DNA of 64,000 bases from Fistulifera solaris (Eukaryota), in assembly GCA_030295235.1 (NCBI GenBank), contig AP026154.1, positions 434,001 through 498,000 on the forward strand, in the 5' to 3' direction. The position numbers were made by a program, and so were the translations under genes. Under the pieces are notes generated by a model, which saw nothing but the letters and a program-made list of their open reading frames with translations, did not search any database and was not told the origin of the DNA. The first letter of the stretch is position 1; each line of letters starts with the position of its first letter. Of the stretch, positions 12,944-25,749 are shown in pieces.

Positions 12944-13195
12944 GTCCTCTTTCGAGCATCTTTTTCTTGAATCCTTATCAACTACACAGAATCTGCAATT
13001 TTCTTCAGAGACATAGGGATTTACATTGGTTGAACTCGATCAAAATACTACTCATCTTGCACAAAGTAAAGCACGCCAAGCTTAATCTCTTTTTAGAATA
13101 GATCATTATTCCTTTATTTGGTTTCTAGATCAGTCATCTAAGCTCATACGAGCACATTCTAAGTTACAATCCAAACTCGATCCATGACTTTCTGT

Positions 13196-14026
13196 CTAGC
13201 AATTATCATCATGATACACCCAATCTTTTTGATATTGCCCCGGCTTGTTGTGTGCATGGGCAGCATTGTCCATCGGCATAACCTTTTTGGGCGTCGAAGC
13301 GAGCATGGACAGGATACTAATAGCAATTGACTGTGCCGTCATGGTGGGTCTCCAATCCTTGCCAAGTAGCGACAAACAAATATCTCCGTTCGTATAAAAA
13401 TGAGGGCCTCTGTGCAAATTTTGTTGTGTGAGTACGGAGAAGTTTGAACTAGCTTTTCATGACAATTCCTTACTTACACAGGCAGATGTGGCGGCAAGAA
13501 ATACACGCTGGGCGGTACGACTGGATATTGCGGCGGAAAGGATATACGCAAACGAAAGGTTTCTCCTTGATAAATGCCCGGTCCTTCCACAGTTACAATC
13601 CAAACCCGCAGATTCTTTCCCACTTGCACGGAAAGTCCTGGTGGAGGATCTTTGATGAATTCTTTCAGTTCACGTTGAATGCGATAATTGGGATTCGTTG
13701 ATTGAATCGGACGGGCGAGGTGTTCCTTGGCTTGCTTCGATGTTTTCGGCTTTTTTCGTTTGATTGTTTCTTTAGGTTGTGCCAGTGCCTCTTCTTTTTC
13801 TTCCTTTGTTATTTTCTCGATGTCATCGTCGTCTATCGCTAGCGACGATTCAGTGCCTTCCGCCTCAGCTCCTCCCTCGCAGAATCGATACAGTATTCTG
13901 AAGGGAATGTGTCGATACAGATTCGACCACAAACGCACGACCACGAGAACGGGTGCGCGAGAAAAAGGGTGCCGCCGACGACGCCGATAGCCATACGATA
14001 AGTAAGAACGCGTTCGATGGGTTCAT
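13196..14026 (-). CDS. Ubiquitin-conjugating enzyme E2 (UBE2W-like core) with N-terminal signal peptide; candidate SELMA E2
   Basis: RIQRELKEF, FPPQYPVVPPSVYF and PHFYTNGDICLSLL (catalytic Cys). Intron ~13410-13478. Leader MNPSNAFLLIVWLSASSAAPFF joins after removing one G at ~13875. Confidence 0.85.
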
Positions 14027-14748
14027 TACTTGCTGAATTTGTCGCTTATCGTTTGCTTAGCGCACAGTCAATGAGATTTTCGATCAATGAACCGATGGAA
14101 GTTACGTAGCAGGAGGTTAGAACCTGATTGACTAAGATGGAAAGAGATGGGCGTGTTGTTATTGAGGAAAGATGTTGTGGTTTTGTATTTCACCGCGTTC
14201 AACGTGGAAGAGAACTCTCATGAATAAAAACATTGGTTCCGGGACTGATTTTCATTATTGATCGTCACTTGTCACTTGTCACCCAAACACGAAGAAGGAA
14301 AAGAAGGAGGGAAATCTTCTTAGTGTCGTAGCACCAGCTAATACTATAAAAACGAGTACCGCTACCACGTCATTCTGAACAGACGTCCGCATGACGCTGC
14401 GGCTCGAAGCAGCGATCCGCAAAAAAAAAACGCGCCGATGCGAATTCGGTTTTGTTGCAGCGCAAATCCAAATTCTTGCATTTCAATCACTTCTTCGGAC
14501 AAAGAGTCATCATCGTTCAACCAAGTAAGTACATCTCTGTGATGACAAAAAAATTTTTGGTAAACTCTATGGAAAAAGGAGGACGGCGAGGAAAAAGACG
14601 AAAGAATAAAACGAGCAGTCATTTTACTGGACAGCGACAGCAGTGGATTATTACTTGTTAATTTTGAAAGAATCCGAAAGAAATCACCATCACCTCAATC
14701 TTTATCGTTTTTTGTTTGCTAGAATCCTGGTAATATACAATTGTCATC

Positions 14749-15138
14749 ATGTCTTCGATTAGCAAGGTACGTGAAAGAAAGCAATTTACGAACGAAAGAG
14801 AAGTTCACAAAATAAGTAACTCACACTCCCAACAGGTCTTTACAGAACAACCCCCGGAACTCAACAAGGAAGAAAAGGCCCGATTGAACATGATCGCCGC
14901 CGCTCGCACCACTCCCCGTGATGACCGTTTCCCTCACACCAACCAAGCCTTGCATTGCTGGAATCGTTATAACGAGTGGATCGTCTGTGCCCAGCAGGGC
15001 AGTGAAGACGATTGCAAGCCGTTGCGTCAATACGCAGATTCGATCTGTCCCGGTACCTGGTTGGAGAGTTGGGATGAACAGCGAGAGGCTGGTAGTTTTG
15101 GTGGTGTCGGAAGTCGATTCGATCACAAAGCCCATTAA
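14749..15138 (+). CDS. COX6B: Cytochrome c oxidase subunit 6B
   Basis: TTPRDDRFPHTNQALHCWNRYNEW..C...C....CP..W...WDEQRE signature. Intron 14767-14835. Confidence 0.9.
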   Translation: MSSISKVRERKQFTNEREVHKISNSHSQQVFTEQPPELNKEEKARLNMIAAARTTPRDDRFPHTNQALHCWNRYNEWIVCAQQGSEDDCKPLRQYADSICPGTWLESWDEQREAGSFGGVGSRFDHKAH

Positions 15139-15420
15139 TTGTTTGACGTAGATTCGATTCGAATCAATAACAACTTACACAGTTTAATTGATTGACGATT
15201 GCTGCAGTTAGTTAAATTTCCTTGCATTTCGTTTGTTCTCAGCATAGACTAGAAAAACAAGAAGCAAAGTAGCAGGTATTATTGAGATGAACTTTCACCT
15301 GGCATTCGTGATGATGGACAGACGGTCACGGTACACAAGAAACGGCGATGCGCGAGGCTCGAAGACAGTTTTTATGTCATCCTTCTTTCACAAAAAAATC
15401 TTTTGCCCAAACCTTTTACC

Positions 15421-16398
15421 ATGAAGACTTTTCTTCTGTTTCTTCTCTACTGGAGTCTTTCAGAAGCCTTGTCACCACGCACGGTAGCGATAATTGGCCC
15501 TACTGGACGATTGGGCCGTCAAATCGTGCAGGAATTGTCGGCCAAAGGCATTTCGACACGTTGTTTGTTGCGACACGAAATTCCTGCCTCAACATCTAGT
15601 CCAAAATCTCTCGAGGAAGCACAATCCTCCTCTGAAATTGCCGCGTATTTGCAATCATTACCCAATGTGACTTTCGTGAAAGGTGACTTGAATGATATGG
15701 CATCGTTGCGACGCCTTTTGGAAGGATGTGATGCCTGCATTGCGGCCCATGGTGCCTCGGCCCCGAAACCGTTTTGGCGTTCATTGATTCTACCGAATAT
15801 CTTCTATCCTGAAACATTACCGCAACATCCCAAGCAGGTCAATTATCAAGGATTGAAAAATGTGCTGCAGGTCATGAACGAAACCTCTTGCAAGACGATC
15901 GTCCGCATTACCGGCAAAGGTGAATCACCGTGGTCCATCTTTTCCATTCTCATCAATGCCTTGGGTGCCTTGGCCAAGGCGTGGAATTATGAAGGCGAGC
16001 AGTTGCTGCGCACCAGCGGGATGGATTATATTATCATTAGACCCGGTGTCATGAAAGATTCTTTGGAAGATGAGAAGTACGGGTTACGCGACAATGGTGA
16101 GGATATGAAAGTGACAACCGTTTCCTATCACCAAATTGCCGAGTTGGCCGCTCAAAGTTTGGAGTATTCGAATTGTCGCCGCGTGACTCTGACGGCCATG
16201 AACGATGCCGATGGAGGGGAAACCTCGTATGCACCCTTGTTGGCCCGAGTCCAACCCGATCGGCGTGTCTTTCCTGTTTCGTTACTGGAAGAACACCGCA
16301 AGGCGGCACGTGTTGGTGGACTGGCGATTGTAACAGTCTTGGTGCTCATCGCACAAGCCGCAGTGAGACTGGTTCTCCAATTGGTGAGAGAATTTTAG
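15421..16398 (+). CDS. NAD(P)-binding Rossmann-fold protein (atypical SDR/NmrA/TIC62-like), probably plastid, with C-terminal TM
   Basis: Signal peptide MKTFLLFLLYWSLSEA-L, GPTGRLG dinucleotide motif, YIIIRPG, hydrophobic C-terminus. Confidence 0.8.
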   Translation: MKTFLLFLLYWSLSEALSPRTVAIIGPTGRLGRQIVQELSAKGISTRCLLRHEIPASTSSPKSLEEAQSSSEIAAYLQSLPNVTFVKGDLNDMASLRRLLEGCDACIAAHGASAPKPFWRSLILPNIFYPETLPQHPKQVNYQGLKNVLQVMNETSCKTIVRITGKGESPWSIFSILINALGALAKAWNYEGEQLLRTSGMDYIIIRPGVMKDSLEDEKYGLRDNGEDMKVTTVSYHQIAELAAQSLEYSNCRRVTLTAMNDADGGETSYAPLLARVQPDRRVFPVSLLEEHRKAARVGGLAIVTVLVLIAQAAVRLVLQLVREF

Positions 16399-16659
16399 GA
16401 TCTGGCTCGAAAAGAAGAGGGTTGCACCCTAGCGTCGAAATTCATTACCATATTGTAGTACCGCTACGATCTCATTCCGGAAGCGGGAAAGCCGGCCTGC
16501 GCGCACATTTGTGTTTTCCCAATCACATTCAACAACATAACAAAATCATCATTGCTCGTCGATAAAATTCATCGCACAATAAGAAGTATTATAAGAATAC
16601 GTAAAAGGAAGTTAATACTACCCATTCAGCTTGAGAATTTTGTTTGCTTTTGCATCAGA

Positions 16660-19600
16660 ATGAATCCAAGCAAATCGACTGTCGTCAAGAATCCTTACGC
16701 GAAAGCCAGCAATCCTTACGTGAAAGCCAACAATCCTTCCACGAAGTCATCCATCAATCATGATACAAATAAAGCACCTCTCTCAACTTCTTCTTCTTCT
16801 TCACTGGCTACTGCTGTGAAAAAATCAGAGGTTTTCTCCGAAAGCGGTACCACCGAAAGCGAAAGAAACGATGAAACCGGAAGTACCGAAGAATCCAAAT
16901 GCAGCCATCTCCAAGCCCTCGGAGCCGCGCACATTCGACAAAAAGAATCCACCATCTCTGAAAATGAAGCTCAAAAAAGAGATTGAAAACCTCAAGAAAC
17001 AACAGCAACGTCAAAAGAGCGACTGGAAGCAGAGCGGCATCGACGTAAATTGGAGAAACAGAAGCGAAAGCAGGAAGAAGAGCAGTTGAAGCAGCTAGAG
17101 GAACGGCGAAAGCAGGAAGAAGGAACAAATCAGCAAAAAAAGCAACCACATCCCACACCATCCTCAAAAAGTACAGTCAATGCTCATGTTACGCCATCGC
17201 CTCAGTTTGCGCCGTCCAAGGAAAGCTACGTCAACATTCAATCAAATCATATGGGCACCCAGAATCCACCCGAGACTCCTTTTGTGAATTCAAAAGTCGC
17301 AAATTACTCTCTAGAACACGCCCAATTGGATGCTCTGGTAAAGCGGGAGAGCCACGGATTGTCGAATCATCCCTTTTCTGCGCCTTCGATACATTCTCAT
17401 AAAACAGCCCCGTTTGTCGCACCCAATGCTGTAACGTATCATCCCACGACAACCCTTGCCGCTCTACCTGAAATACTTTCGCGTCAAAAACACCCGGTGA
17501 TGGCACATCCCTTGTTGAACGAACCATCATCTGTCTCAAAAACAAGCTACAGCAACAATGTGTTCGCATTGACATCAAGCAGCAATGTGATTCCACAATT
17601 ATTGCAACCAGCTCCAAATCCATTTGCGCACCCGATGCCTGACGCAGCGGGAGTGTATACGAATCCCTACGCGTTCTCTTCGAATGCCTGGATGCCCACG
17701 TGGCAGCAAGCCGTGTATCAGCTTCAGCAACAACAGCTGCTTCAGCAGCAGCCCTTTACTACACCAACGCCCTCTCTTCCGCAAATATCTTGACTGCTCC
17801 TATGAATCCCTGGGCCATGACCATGGCTGCGGCTTCGATGGGCCAGGCGTTGCCACAGGCACAGTCCGTCCGACGTACTCAGAAAAGAAGACTCTCTCGC
17901 CGCAGGATTGGCGCCTCATTTCGACTCCTTGTCGATCTCCCTCACCGTTTGCCCGCACTCATGAAATCCTGCCGTATGCGATCGTCATGGTCAAGCATGC
18001 CCAGGATCACAAAGGATTTGGTGTGACCTTGAAGAAGGTTGCCGAATGTGCTCTCGTCGGTTTTGATGAGTGGCCGACGCACGAATTGGTCCCCAGCGAG
18101 ACAACGAAAGAAGTCAAAGCGGAAACAATAAATACCGGCATTTCTGCTTCTGACGTGAATGAAATCGAAGGAGTCAAAAAAGCCGAAAACGAAGATCAAC
18201 AGGTCAATCAGAGCGGTTCATCAGAGATGATCGAGGCAGCAAACGTAGAGGATGACCGGTCCGTAGTCTTTGATACATGCTCGAAAGTTAAGCAAAACGA
18301 TGCCACGATGGCGGCCAGTTCTTCGGCCACCGTCTTAGATAGCCCTAATGTAGCGTCCTCATTGGTACCCAACGAAAGCGACGCAAAAGTTGCGACTCCT
18401 CTAGCGAGTACTTCGGTCTTGGATACAAGTCAGGCAGTAGCGGGTGAAGATCCAAATATGGCCGAAACCTCTTGCTGTCCGTTTAAAACAGTGGAGATCA
18501 ACTCGACTAATGAAGCTTCTGATATGCCTCAAAGCTCATCATCTATTGTGCCCGTCGAAAGAGTTAGTGGGTCTTCTGAACTTTCCGCTTCTGTAGGACG
18601 TCAATCGATCGCGGATCAAGAAAAAATGAATGATGAACCTCACCAGCAGCCAAAGATACTTGGGGAAAACGTTTCCCCTACGTCGTCTGAATCGTCGCCC
18701 TTATTGACAACCAGTGAGGTCAAAGGTGCGACTCAAGTATCTACCGCAGCAGAGGTTTTGCACAGCAAAGACCGACAACGCAAACGTCGGCGTCTTTTCT
18801 TCTGTGTCATGGAGGTTTTGAATGCGGCAGAGCAGAACCAGCGATCCCATCCTTCGAAACATTCAAATATGCACCTGGAAGAAGGAGATATCATCCTCAC
18901 AATTCAGGGCGAACAAACAGGTCGAAAGTCGTTTGACGATGCTGTCAAGATGTTTGCTTCCGTTACTGCTGTCGGTGACGACGGATTTATTCAGTGTGTG
19001 GTTACTGTGGCTCGCCGAAAGAAAGTAGCCCCGCCTCCAGCCCGCCTTCCAAAATGCATCCCGTCGATGATGAAGAACGGTTCGTCATCTCCTCTTACTG
19101 AACTTGGTTACAAAGCACTGGCCGCAGCCATGATTGAGGTTGCGAGAAATCAAAACCGGCTTTTGGGCCATACCATCTGCTCAAATTCGATGAGTGAGTT
19201 GTTTCAAGCTTCTTCGTTGCTATCTACTCATACTGCGGATTACTTGCTTTCTTCTTGGGGGTCTATATTTGAGAGAATTAAGCGTGAAATGAGACGAAGA
19301 GCTGCTGAACATTGGGCATCGAAATGGCAACTTGAAACAGCGGAAATTAAGGCCTCGACCAAATCGCCCTTGTCGGACGCTCAAAGAAGTTCACGTAGAG
19401 CACGACCGCGACCGGCGAAGGGCTGCCGCTGCGGCAGTCAGGAACACGAATACGTCAACGACCGCAATTGCCCACTGTACAGCAACCTCCGTCGTCTAAA
19501 GAAGGATGACTCCGCGGAAGAAGTTGACACGAAGTCTAATCGCCCTCAGATTAAAGGTCCAAAAGATTTGAATGCCGTTGAGAAAGCTTTTAAGGATAGA

Positions 19601-20684
19601 TTCATTCGAATGAAAGAAGAAGAGGCAGCCCTTGAGGCGGAGGCTGAGTTCGTTGGTGAAATGGAATCCATTCAACTTGAGAAGTGCGGAATGGCAATCT
19701 TCGCACCAGGAAGTCTTGCTGCGATGGTTTTGTCTGCCGTATCGGAGATAGAGCCAATGTTTCGTGGCCGGAAGGCTGCTCGACCGCTTGAACCTGAAGA
19801 GCCGGTATTACTTGAGAATGAGGCTAAGGACGATTCTGACGATGACGATGACGACGTTCCCCTCACGTCTTTAGGAAAACGAAGTGCCAATGACGCTACT
19901 CCACCGCACAACAAGAAGACGAAAGCAGAAGCACAAATTCCCTTGGATTATCTGATTTCGCTGATTCGATACGTGTGTTCGAGATGGGGACACGTCTATC
20001 GGGAACCCTCTGAGCTAGACTACGCATGGTGAGTTATCGGTCGTGTTTCTTCTGTAAGACTGCCGTAAAAAATGTTCTGAAACCCAATTGTTTCATCTGT
20101 TTTATTTTAGGAGATGGGAAGTGTATCATGGTCAGTTTTCACTAGCAGATTCGTCAACCGTCGCTAAGAATCCTAGACGCGCGGGCGCTTTGAGCTTGGA
20201 ACAAATTTTCTTTTCATTCGATACGGAAATGGTAAAAGAAATCGAGCAATGCAATGGGCCTCTGACGAACTTATCCTTGAATACTCTGAATACCGCTGCA
20301 TTTGCTGTGCTGCCTTCCGCAACCGGAATTATTGATGAGCTTTACGCTTTATTGCGCAGTTCTATCCTCACGCTGAATGAAGTCGGTATTCCCCAACTGG
20401 CTCCGCACTGGTTCGCTAACGTCGATGTCCTGCTTTTGGACGATATGGACTCCTATTGGGGCATTCGTGCTGACCCAACTGGAAAATTTGGCATGTCGCA
20501 ACACGTTCGTGCAACCCTCCACCGTGAATGGGAAAAGACAGACGAGGGATGGATTTTGGTTGTCGAAGATCCTTACGATGTGGTGCACGAATTTGCCGTT
20601 TTTGACGAATGGCGAGATGCCTTCGAAGATAAAGAAAGGACCAAAGCGGACAGCATTGAAGGTGTGGGTCGATTTGGTATTTAG
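16660..20684 (+). CDS. Large hypothetical protein with PDZ-like segments and a CxCx4H...C zinc-knuckle-like motif
   Basis: Consecutive + ORFs 16552/16871/17050/17624/20088 linked by frameshifts and one intron (~20029-20110). GFGVTL and LEEGDIILTIQG (PDZ-like). CRCGSQEH...CP. Confidence 0.6.
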
Positions 20685-20738
20685 TTCTAATAACAAATTA
20701 GATTTCTGCGGCTACTTACTGCTCGCCAGCTTCCTAGG

Positions 20739-22372
20739 TCACACCATGATCTGGCAATCCTCACCCAGCGCGTTGGTCCCTATTAGTTCGTCCAAATGAT
20801 CCAAGACATTGTTTTTCAAGATGAGATCAGCATATAAGTTGTGGACTGCGCCCACAAACGTTTCAAAGTAAGGCAGATGCGCAACTTCTTGCATGTTGCC
20901 ACCGTCTTCCGCTACGAGATAGGCCCAGATGATCACTCGACAAACACCTTCGCCTCTCGCCAAGCAATGGCTTAAATTATAAACCAAGTCGTCGATTTGT
21001 ATCATGCAGGTGCAACGAAAGTCATACCATCCCTCGTTCAAGTTAAATGCCAGTCGATCACCATATTCCTCGGTCGTATTGGAAGACTCCTTGATTTGTT
21101 TGTATTCTGCCGCCACATGTTCTCGACTGAACTGATTCAACCATCCTCGGTAACGTGTCCTGAACTTTTTCATGGGAGTCATGTTCACCGTCTGGGCGGG
21201 TGTCAACCACCGCAACAGTACCGCAAAGGCCCACGCCATGGCCACGGTCACCGGCTGTTCTTGCCGCAACAAATCCGCCACGGTCGGCCCGAAACGAATG
21301 CCACCTTTGGCAGCCCCGTTTTGTGTGATGAAAAAGGTACTCAATCCAAAATGCGGATGCAACAAACGCTGACGCCAATCGTCCCACACCAACTGCGCTT
21401 CCGAGGGAGCACACGGAGTATTTGGTCTTGTACCAACGCATCCAAATACTTCAAGAACGTGCGAGCGATTCCGGAAGACGGCGACGACAAAATGGTAGTC
21501 TGCAGACACGAACACAACGCCAAGGCGTGTGCGATTGCCGTATGAGTCCCATTGGCAATGCGCAATTTCCAGGTCACATCCTGTTGTAAGGCTTCTATGG
21601 AGTTGCGAATGATGACACCCGGAATAGTGTGGAATTCGGGCGGCAAATCGTTTCCGAGATCCGCCACTACCAAGGCTTTGGCTGGTTGTGGTTCGGCTCG
21701 AGGAACCAGTACATCATTTGGTCGATGCGACGTAATACGATCCACCATGCTGTTAAGAAAGACAACGCGTTCTTCCAGAAACTGTCCATCATCATCGTTG
21801 CCTCCTTGTTGTTGCAACAATGTCATCATGTGGCGTCGAATGACATTCCCATTCAAAGGCACATTGTCGGTATTGACGACACAGATTTTCGTCGTAGGTG
21901 CTTTAGTTCGAAGGGAGCACAGAAAACGAAACAATTGTTGCATCGCCTCGGTATCGGCCGAAGCCAAACCGGCTTCGGTGACACCGACGGCAATCAGAAA
22001 GGGTTTCGTTTGATCCAAAGATACCGATTTCCACCATTTATTATAAAAGGCTTGCTGATCTTGTTCGGTTCCCCACGAGAAAGCACCGTAACAGTCATAC
22101 TGATCGGTTTGAATTTCTCCAGAGGCCAAGACCGTATCAACGGGCAACGATACGACGTTGTCGCCCTTTGCGAGACAATCCTCGACAAAGGAACGTCCGC
22201 GCGGTTGAATGAAGACAGGATGATAGTGAGCGGCTTGCAAGGCCGGAACCCATACTGCCCGCAAGAAGCGTCCCGTTCCCAAACAAATGGAATCGATCGT
22301 CGTCAAGGAACAAAAGTAAGACGGAGAAGACGAAGGAGAAGAAGTCATGATACTGTCTTCAGTTCGACACAT
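20739..22372 (-). CDS. Mannitol dehydrogenase family (long-chain polyol/uronate oxidoreductase)
   Basis: LGTGRFLRA, NTDN, NSMVDRIT and KLRIANGTH motifs. Frameshift near 21405 joins the C-terminal ORF (WRQRLLHPHF). Confidence 0.8.
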
Positions 22373-23071
22373 TTCTTTCAGTTTGAAAAAGCAGGCGCGT
22401 CGTCAACGAGATTATCGTGGCTATACCACGTTCCATGGCGCCAGATTTTTTTACGACATCACGGAGTAACTTTTTTTGCGAGATACTTTGTACAGCTGTT
22501 TTATAGAGTACTGGTACTGGTGACGAACAACCGCTTCCACTACTTTATGGCAAAATAAATAAAGTGACTGACGCTATTGGACCTAAGAAATCTGTCAAAC
22601 GATAGTGCATTTACGATCTTGAGCAACTTTATGGTTGTCCAGAGGCCTTCTTTATCGCAATTCTTAAACGCTTCGCTCGTTGCTAAGAGCACCTTTAACC
22701 CGATACTGAAAAACAACACTCTTCGACCACTCTATCTCTTTGGACTTCAAACTCAAAGAAAGCTCCCTCTAGAGACTCTAGAGGGAGACCCTAGATTCTA
22801 GAGTCTCAAAGTCCAGACGATCGTTGCGATAGGGGGATTAACATTGTGCCATTTTGCCCTTCGATAAGAATTTCCGGAACATCGTCAATCCGAGTCGGAA
22901 AATATGTTGCATCTCGCTGGATATACTTGTAGAAACACCAAGAGGAAAAAGAGATCATTTAATTAATAAATGTACATTTATTTGTGCAATTACGATCTAA
23001 ATACGAAGTGGATCGCTTTTGCTTTCTCATCAAATACATGACATGTCTGGATAGATTCGCTCACATCACAC

Positions 23072-23725
23072 TCAAGCAGCGGCCGCTGACAAAGCATCAT
23101 GCGGCAACAACAGGGCTGCCAATTTACATGCCCGCGGAGAAAGCTCTTGAGAAAGATATGATAATTGAGGAAGCGTCGAGCAACAGTGCCGAATAGCCAA
23201 TTGAATAGTGGCCGCCTGGAAAAACACTTCATTTTCGTAGGGTTTTACTTTGGATTGCAACAGACCATCCGCAAGTTTCATCAGCGAAGTCATAGCACGA
23301 GGGGACTGCATCGCCAAATGATTTGCTAAGCCCGTGTTGTACAGAATAATTGCGGACTGCATGTCAACATCTTCGTAACATTCTGTGTCGATATCGCAGA
23401 TGCGAATCGTGTAAAGAACGTTGGAAGGAGGCTGGTCTTCAGCGTGATTCTTCATGACATTGAGAAAGGAAAGAGGATCATCCATCAAATCCTTGAAAGT
23501 TGGAGAGTTGTGATCAATGGAGGAAACAGCCTTTGGCTGAAACAAACGTAGCTGAGCCCGTCGTAACATGCTCTCTTCGTCCGAGATCGACGACTGACTG
23601 TTCAAGTATTGTCGCAGGAGGCGCGTGGCATCTTGAAGCGTCGCCAAAGCTTCTTGAAACAAATGGCGATGTAACATCTCTACACTCATGTTATTGAGCG
23701 CGATTGCGGTGCGTGACAAGGCCAT
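23072..23725 (-). CDS. Hypothetical helical/TPR-like protein
   Basis: Intact 217-aa ATG ORF with AIALNN...EALATL and SAIILYNTGLA helices. Confidence 0.6.
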   Translation of the reverse strand: MALSRTAIALNNMSVEMLHRHLFQEALATLQDATRLLRQYLNSQSSISDEESMLRRAQLRLFQPKAVSSIDHNSPTFKDLMDDPLSFLNVMKNHAEDQPPSNVLYTIRICDIDTECYEDVDMQSAIILYNTGLANHLAMQSPRAMTSLMKLADGLLQSKVKPYENEVFFQAATIQLAIRHCCSTLPQLSYLSQELSPRACKLAALLLPHDALSAAAA

Positions 23726-25049
23726 CTTGGGTCGATAAGAAGCAAAACGACGAAATCAGAAAAGGAGATACGGAGAAAATAATGAGGCTGCGTGGGGAGT
23801 GATGAGCGAGGAGATTACAAGTATTTTTTCGTCGCCCTCGGCCTTGCATGCATGATCAGACCAGGTACTGGTACCAGGTACATGCAAAAAGAACTCAATT
23901 CTTCGGAATCTTGTGCGAATAAAATGGGGGAACCGACGTCAACTATAACTTGTTCAGTACAACCATAACATATCTTATGGCAGTTTCAAACCCATTATAG
24001 TTCTATTACTGGCTCGGGCCAGCTGTAAAAAAGAACATGGAACACAAAGAAGAAAGCGTATGATGCTTCGTGTTTCGTATTTCGTATCATCGATTCCCAA
24101 CTCCTAAGCCCGACTCGGAGTTCGGAATTAAAGGAGGACGAAATTCATAAATTAGAAGGTTAAGGCCGAATCCCCCAACACCGAGCCAATCACAATCATC
24201 GATCTTCATGGAGAATATCCGAAGTGCAGAAATGCATTTGCAACCGGCACTCATAGACAGCAACAGTGAAACACGTAGGTTACCGTTACCTGGTAACACG
24301 TAATACCCATGTTGACGCAAACTTATTTCTGCTTTTCTGCTGGCACGCGTGCGACGTGCGAATCTTGCGTGCGGAATAGATTCATTCATTATTCATCCTT
24401 CGAATGGCAACGTGAAATAATGGAATAATCCGTTTGCTGCAAACCCACTGAATTCTTACATCGTCGCGCCACGAAAAAGTGTTGTGGGTTCCCCAGACTT
24501 GTATGATTCAACCAAACTTTTACCTACGAAATGCAGGATAGCGAGGTATCGATGAGAGTATAGTTCCAAGTTCCAGGCGTAGTCTACGAAAAACAACGGA
24601 AGCCTATCATAGCATTCCTTGAAAACATGCGGATTTGAAGCCTTGACTTACCATAAGTGTAGATGGAATAGTAGATCAATCTCCCCAAATATCTTGGAGT
24701 AGAAACTACTTGCAATCTATTTCTCCTCCAGATTCTATCATCTTCAATCAGCACTCTATCCATTTCACAAGAAACGCTCGCCTGCTCGCGCCGCCCTAGC
24801 TTTGTCCTGCGCTCGTACGTCGTACGTCGTCGTCTCCCCCTTTGATTTTGATGCCTGTGTCCTTGACAAAGTACTTTACGATCACTCGCCCCTTTCCTTG
24901 CTGCTTTTTCCTCATGATTTTCCGTCGCGATACCGAAAGCCGAGACGCTGCCGACGATACGCTCAATTCGTTCATTGTTATTGCAGTCATATTATTATTA
25001 CTAAACACGAATTGCCGCAGTTTCAGCACATTTAAACTGCACGAAAAAG

Positions 25050-25352
25050 ATGGATACGCTGAACGATTACGACGACGAATCATCATCCAGTGAAGCGTCG
25101 GCTTCTAGCCATCTCAACGACACCGCGGCTCAAAACAACTCTCTATCACCACAGCAACCTACTTCACAACGACTGAATCAAATTCGCATGCAGCAACAGC
25201 AGCAGTCGTTGTCATGGATTCAGCGACTACAGTCTCAACCCGAATTTCACAATCCACATTTCTTTCAATCCGTCGTCGAACACTTTAACATCGATCCGTT
25301 TGGGACGCAAATTATCAAAAATAAACAGTATAAAAAACAGCCGACCAAGTAG
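25050..25352 (+). CDS. HCNGP/SAP30-binding protein-like
   Basis: QPEFHNPHFFQSVVEHFNIDPFGTQI resembles the HCNGP core. Acidic N-terminus. True 3' end uncertain. Confidence 0.6.
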   Translation: MDTLNDYDDESSSSEASASSHLNDTAAQNNSLSPQQPTSQRLNQIRMQQQQQSLSWIQRLQSQPEFHNPHFFQSVVEHFNIDPFGTQIIKNKQYKKQPTK

Positions 25353-25749
25353 ATAACAAGAATGACAGGACGCACGCTTTCGTTCCGATGGATTCCTGAA
25401 GTCGATCGGTGGATAAATGAAGTGGTTCCGTTCATCCATCGCCACCATTGGAAAAGAGTGCGCACAATCTTCAAGGCAACAACAACTGCAAGCAACAGCT
25501 GAGAGAATCCTTTCATCCGCACCTTCTTTAATCGATCCTCGCTCATTTTGGAATCGATTGGTTCGAAACGCATGTGTTCCTCACAAGAAAGCGTGTATCT
25601 CTCCAAGCAACAGATAAATGAAACGCATGGCTTATATGATTATTGAAAAACGAAAGTACATCCGAATCCGGTCCTGCATCTTCTATTCCGCCACCTCCGC
25701 AACTTCTTCGTGAATCGGTGGACACGAAGAATGCTCCGACGCATCCGTA

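Noticed and set aside
14767..14835. Apparent N-terminal insertion in COX6B (likewise 37991-38056 in ROD)
   Set aside because: GT...AG-bounded introns whose lengths are multiples of three and lack stops, so the ORF track reads through them.
21629..22558. 309-aa + strand ORF
   Set aside because: Antisense shadow of the mannitol dehydrogenase-family gene with no recognisable motifs.
23726..25049. Short ORFs and possible RNA gene in intergenic DNA
   Set aside because: No tRNA, snRNA or snoRNA consensus and no convincing protein motifs.
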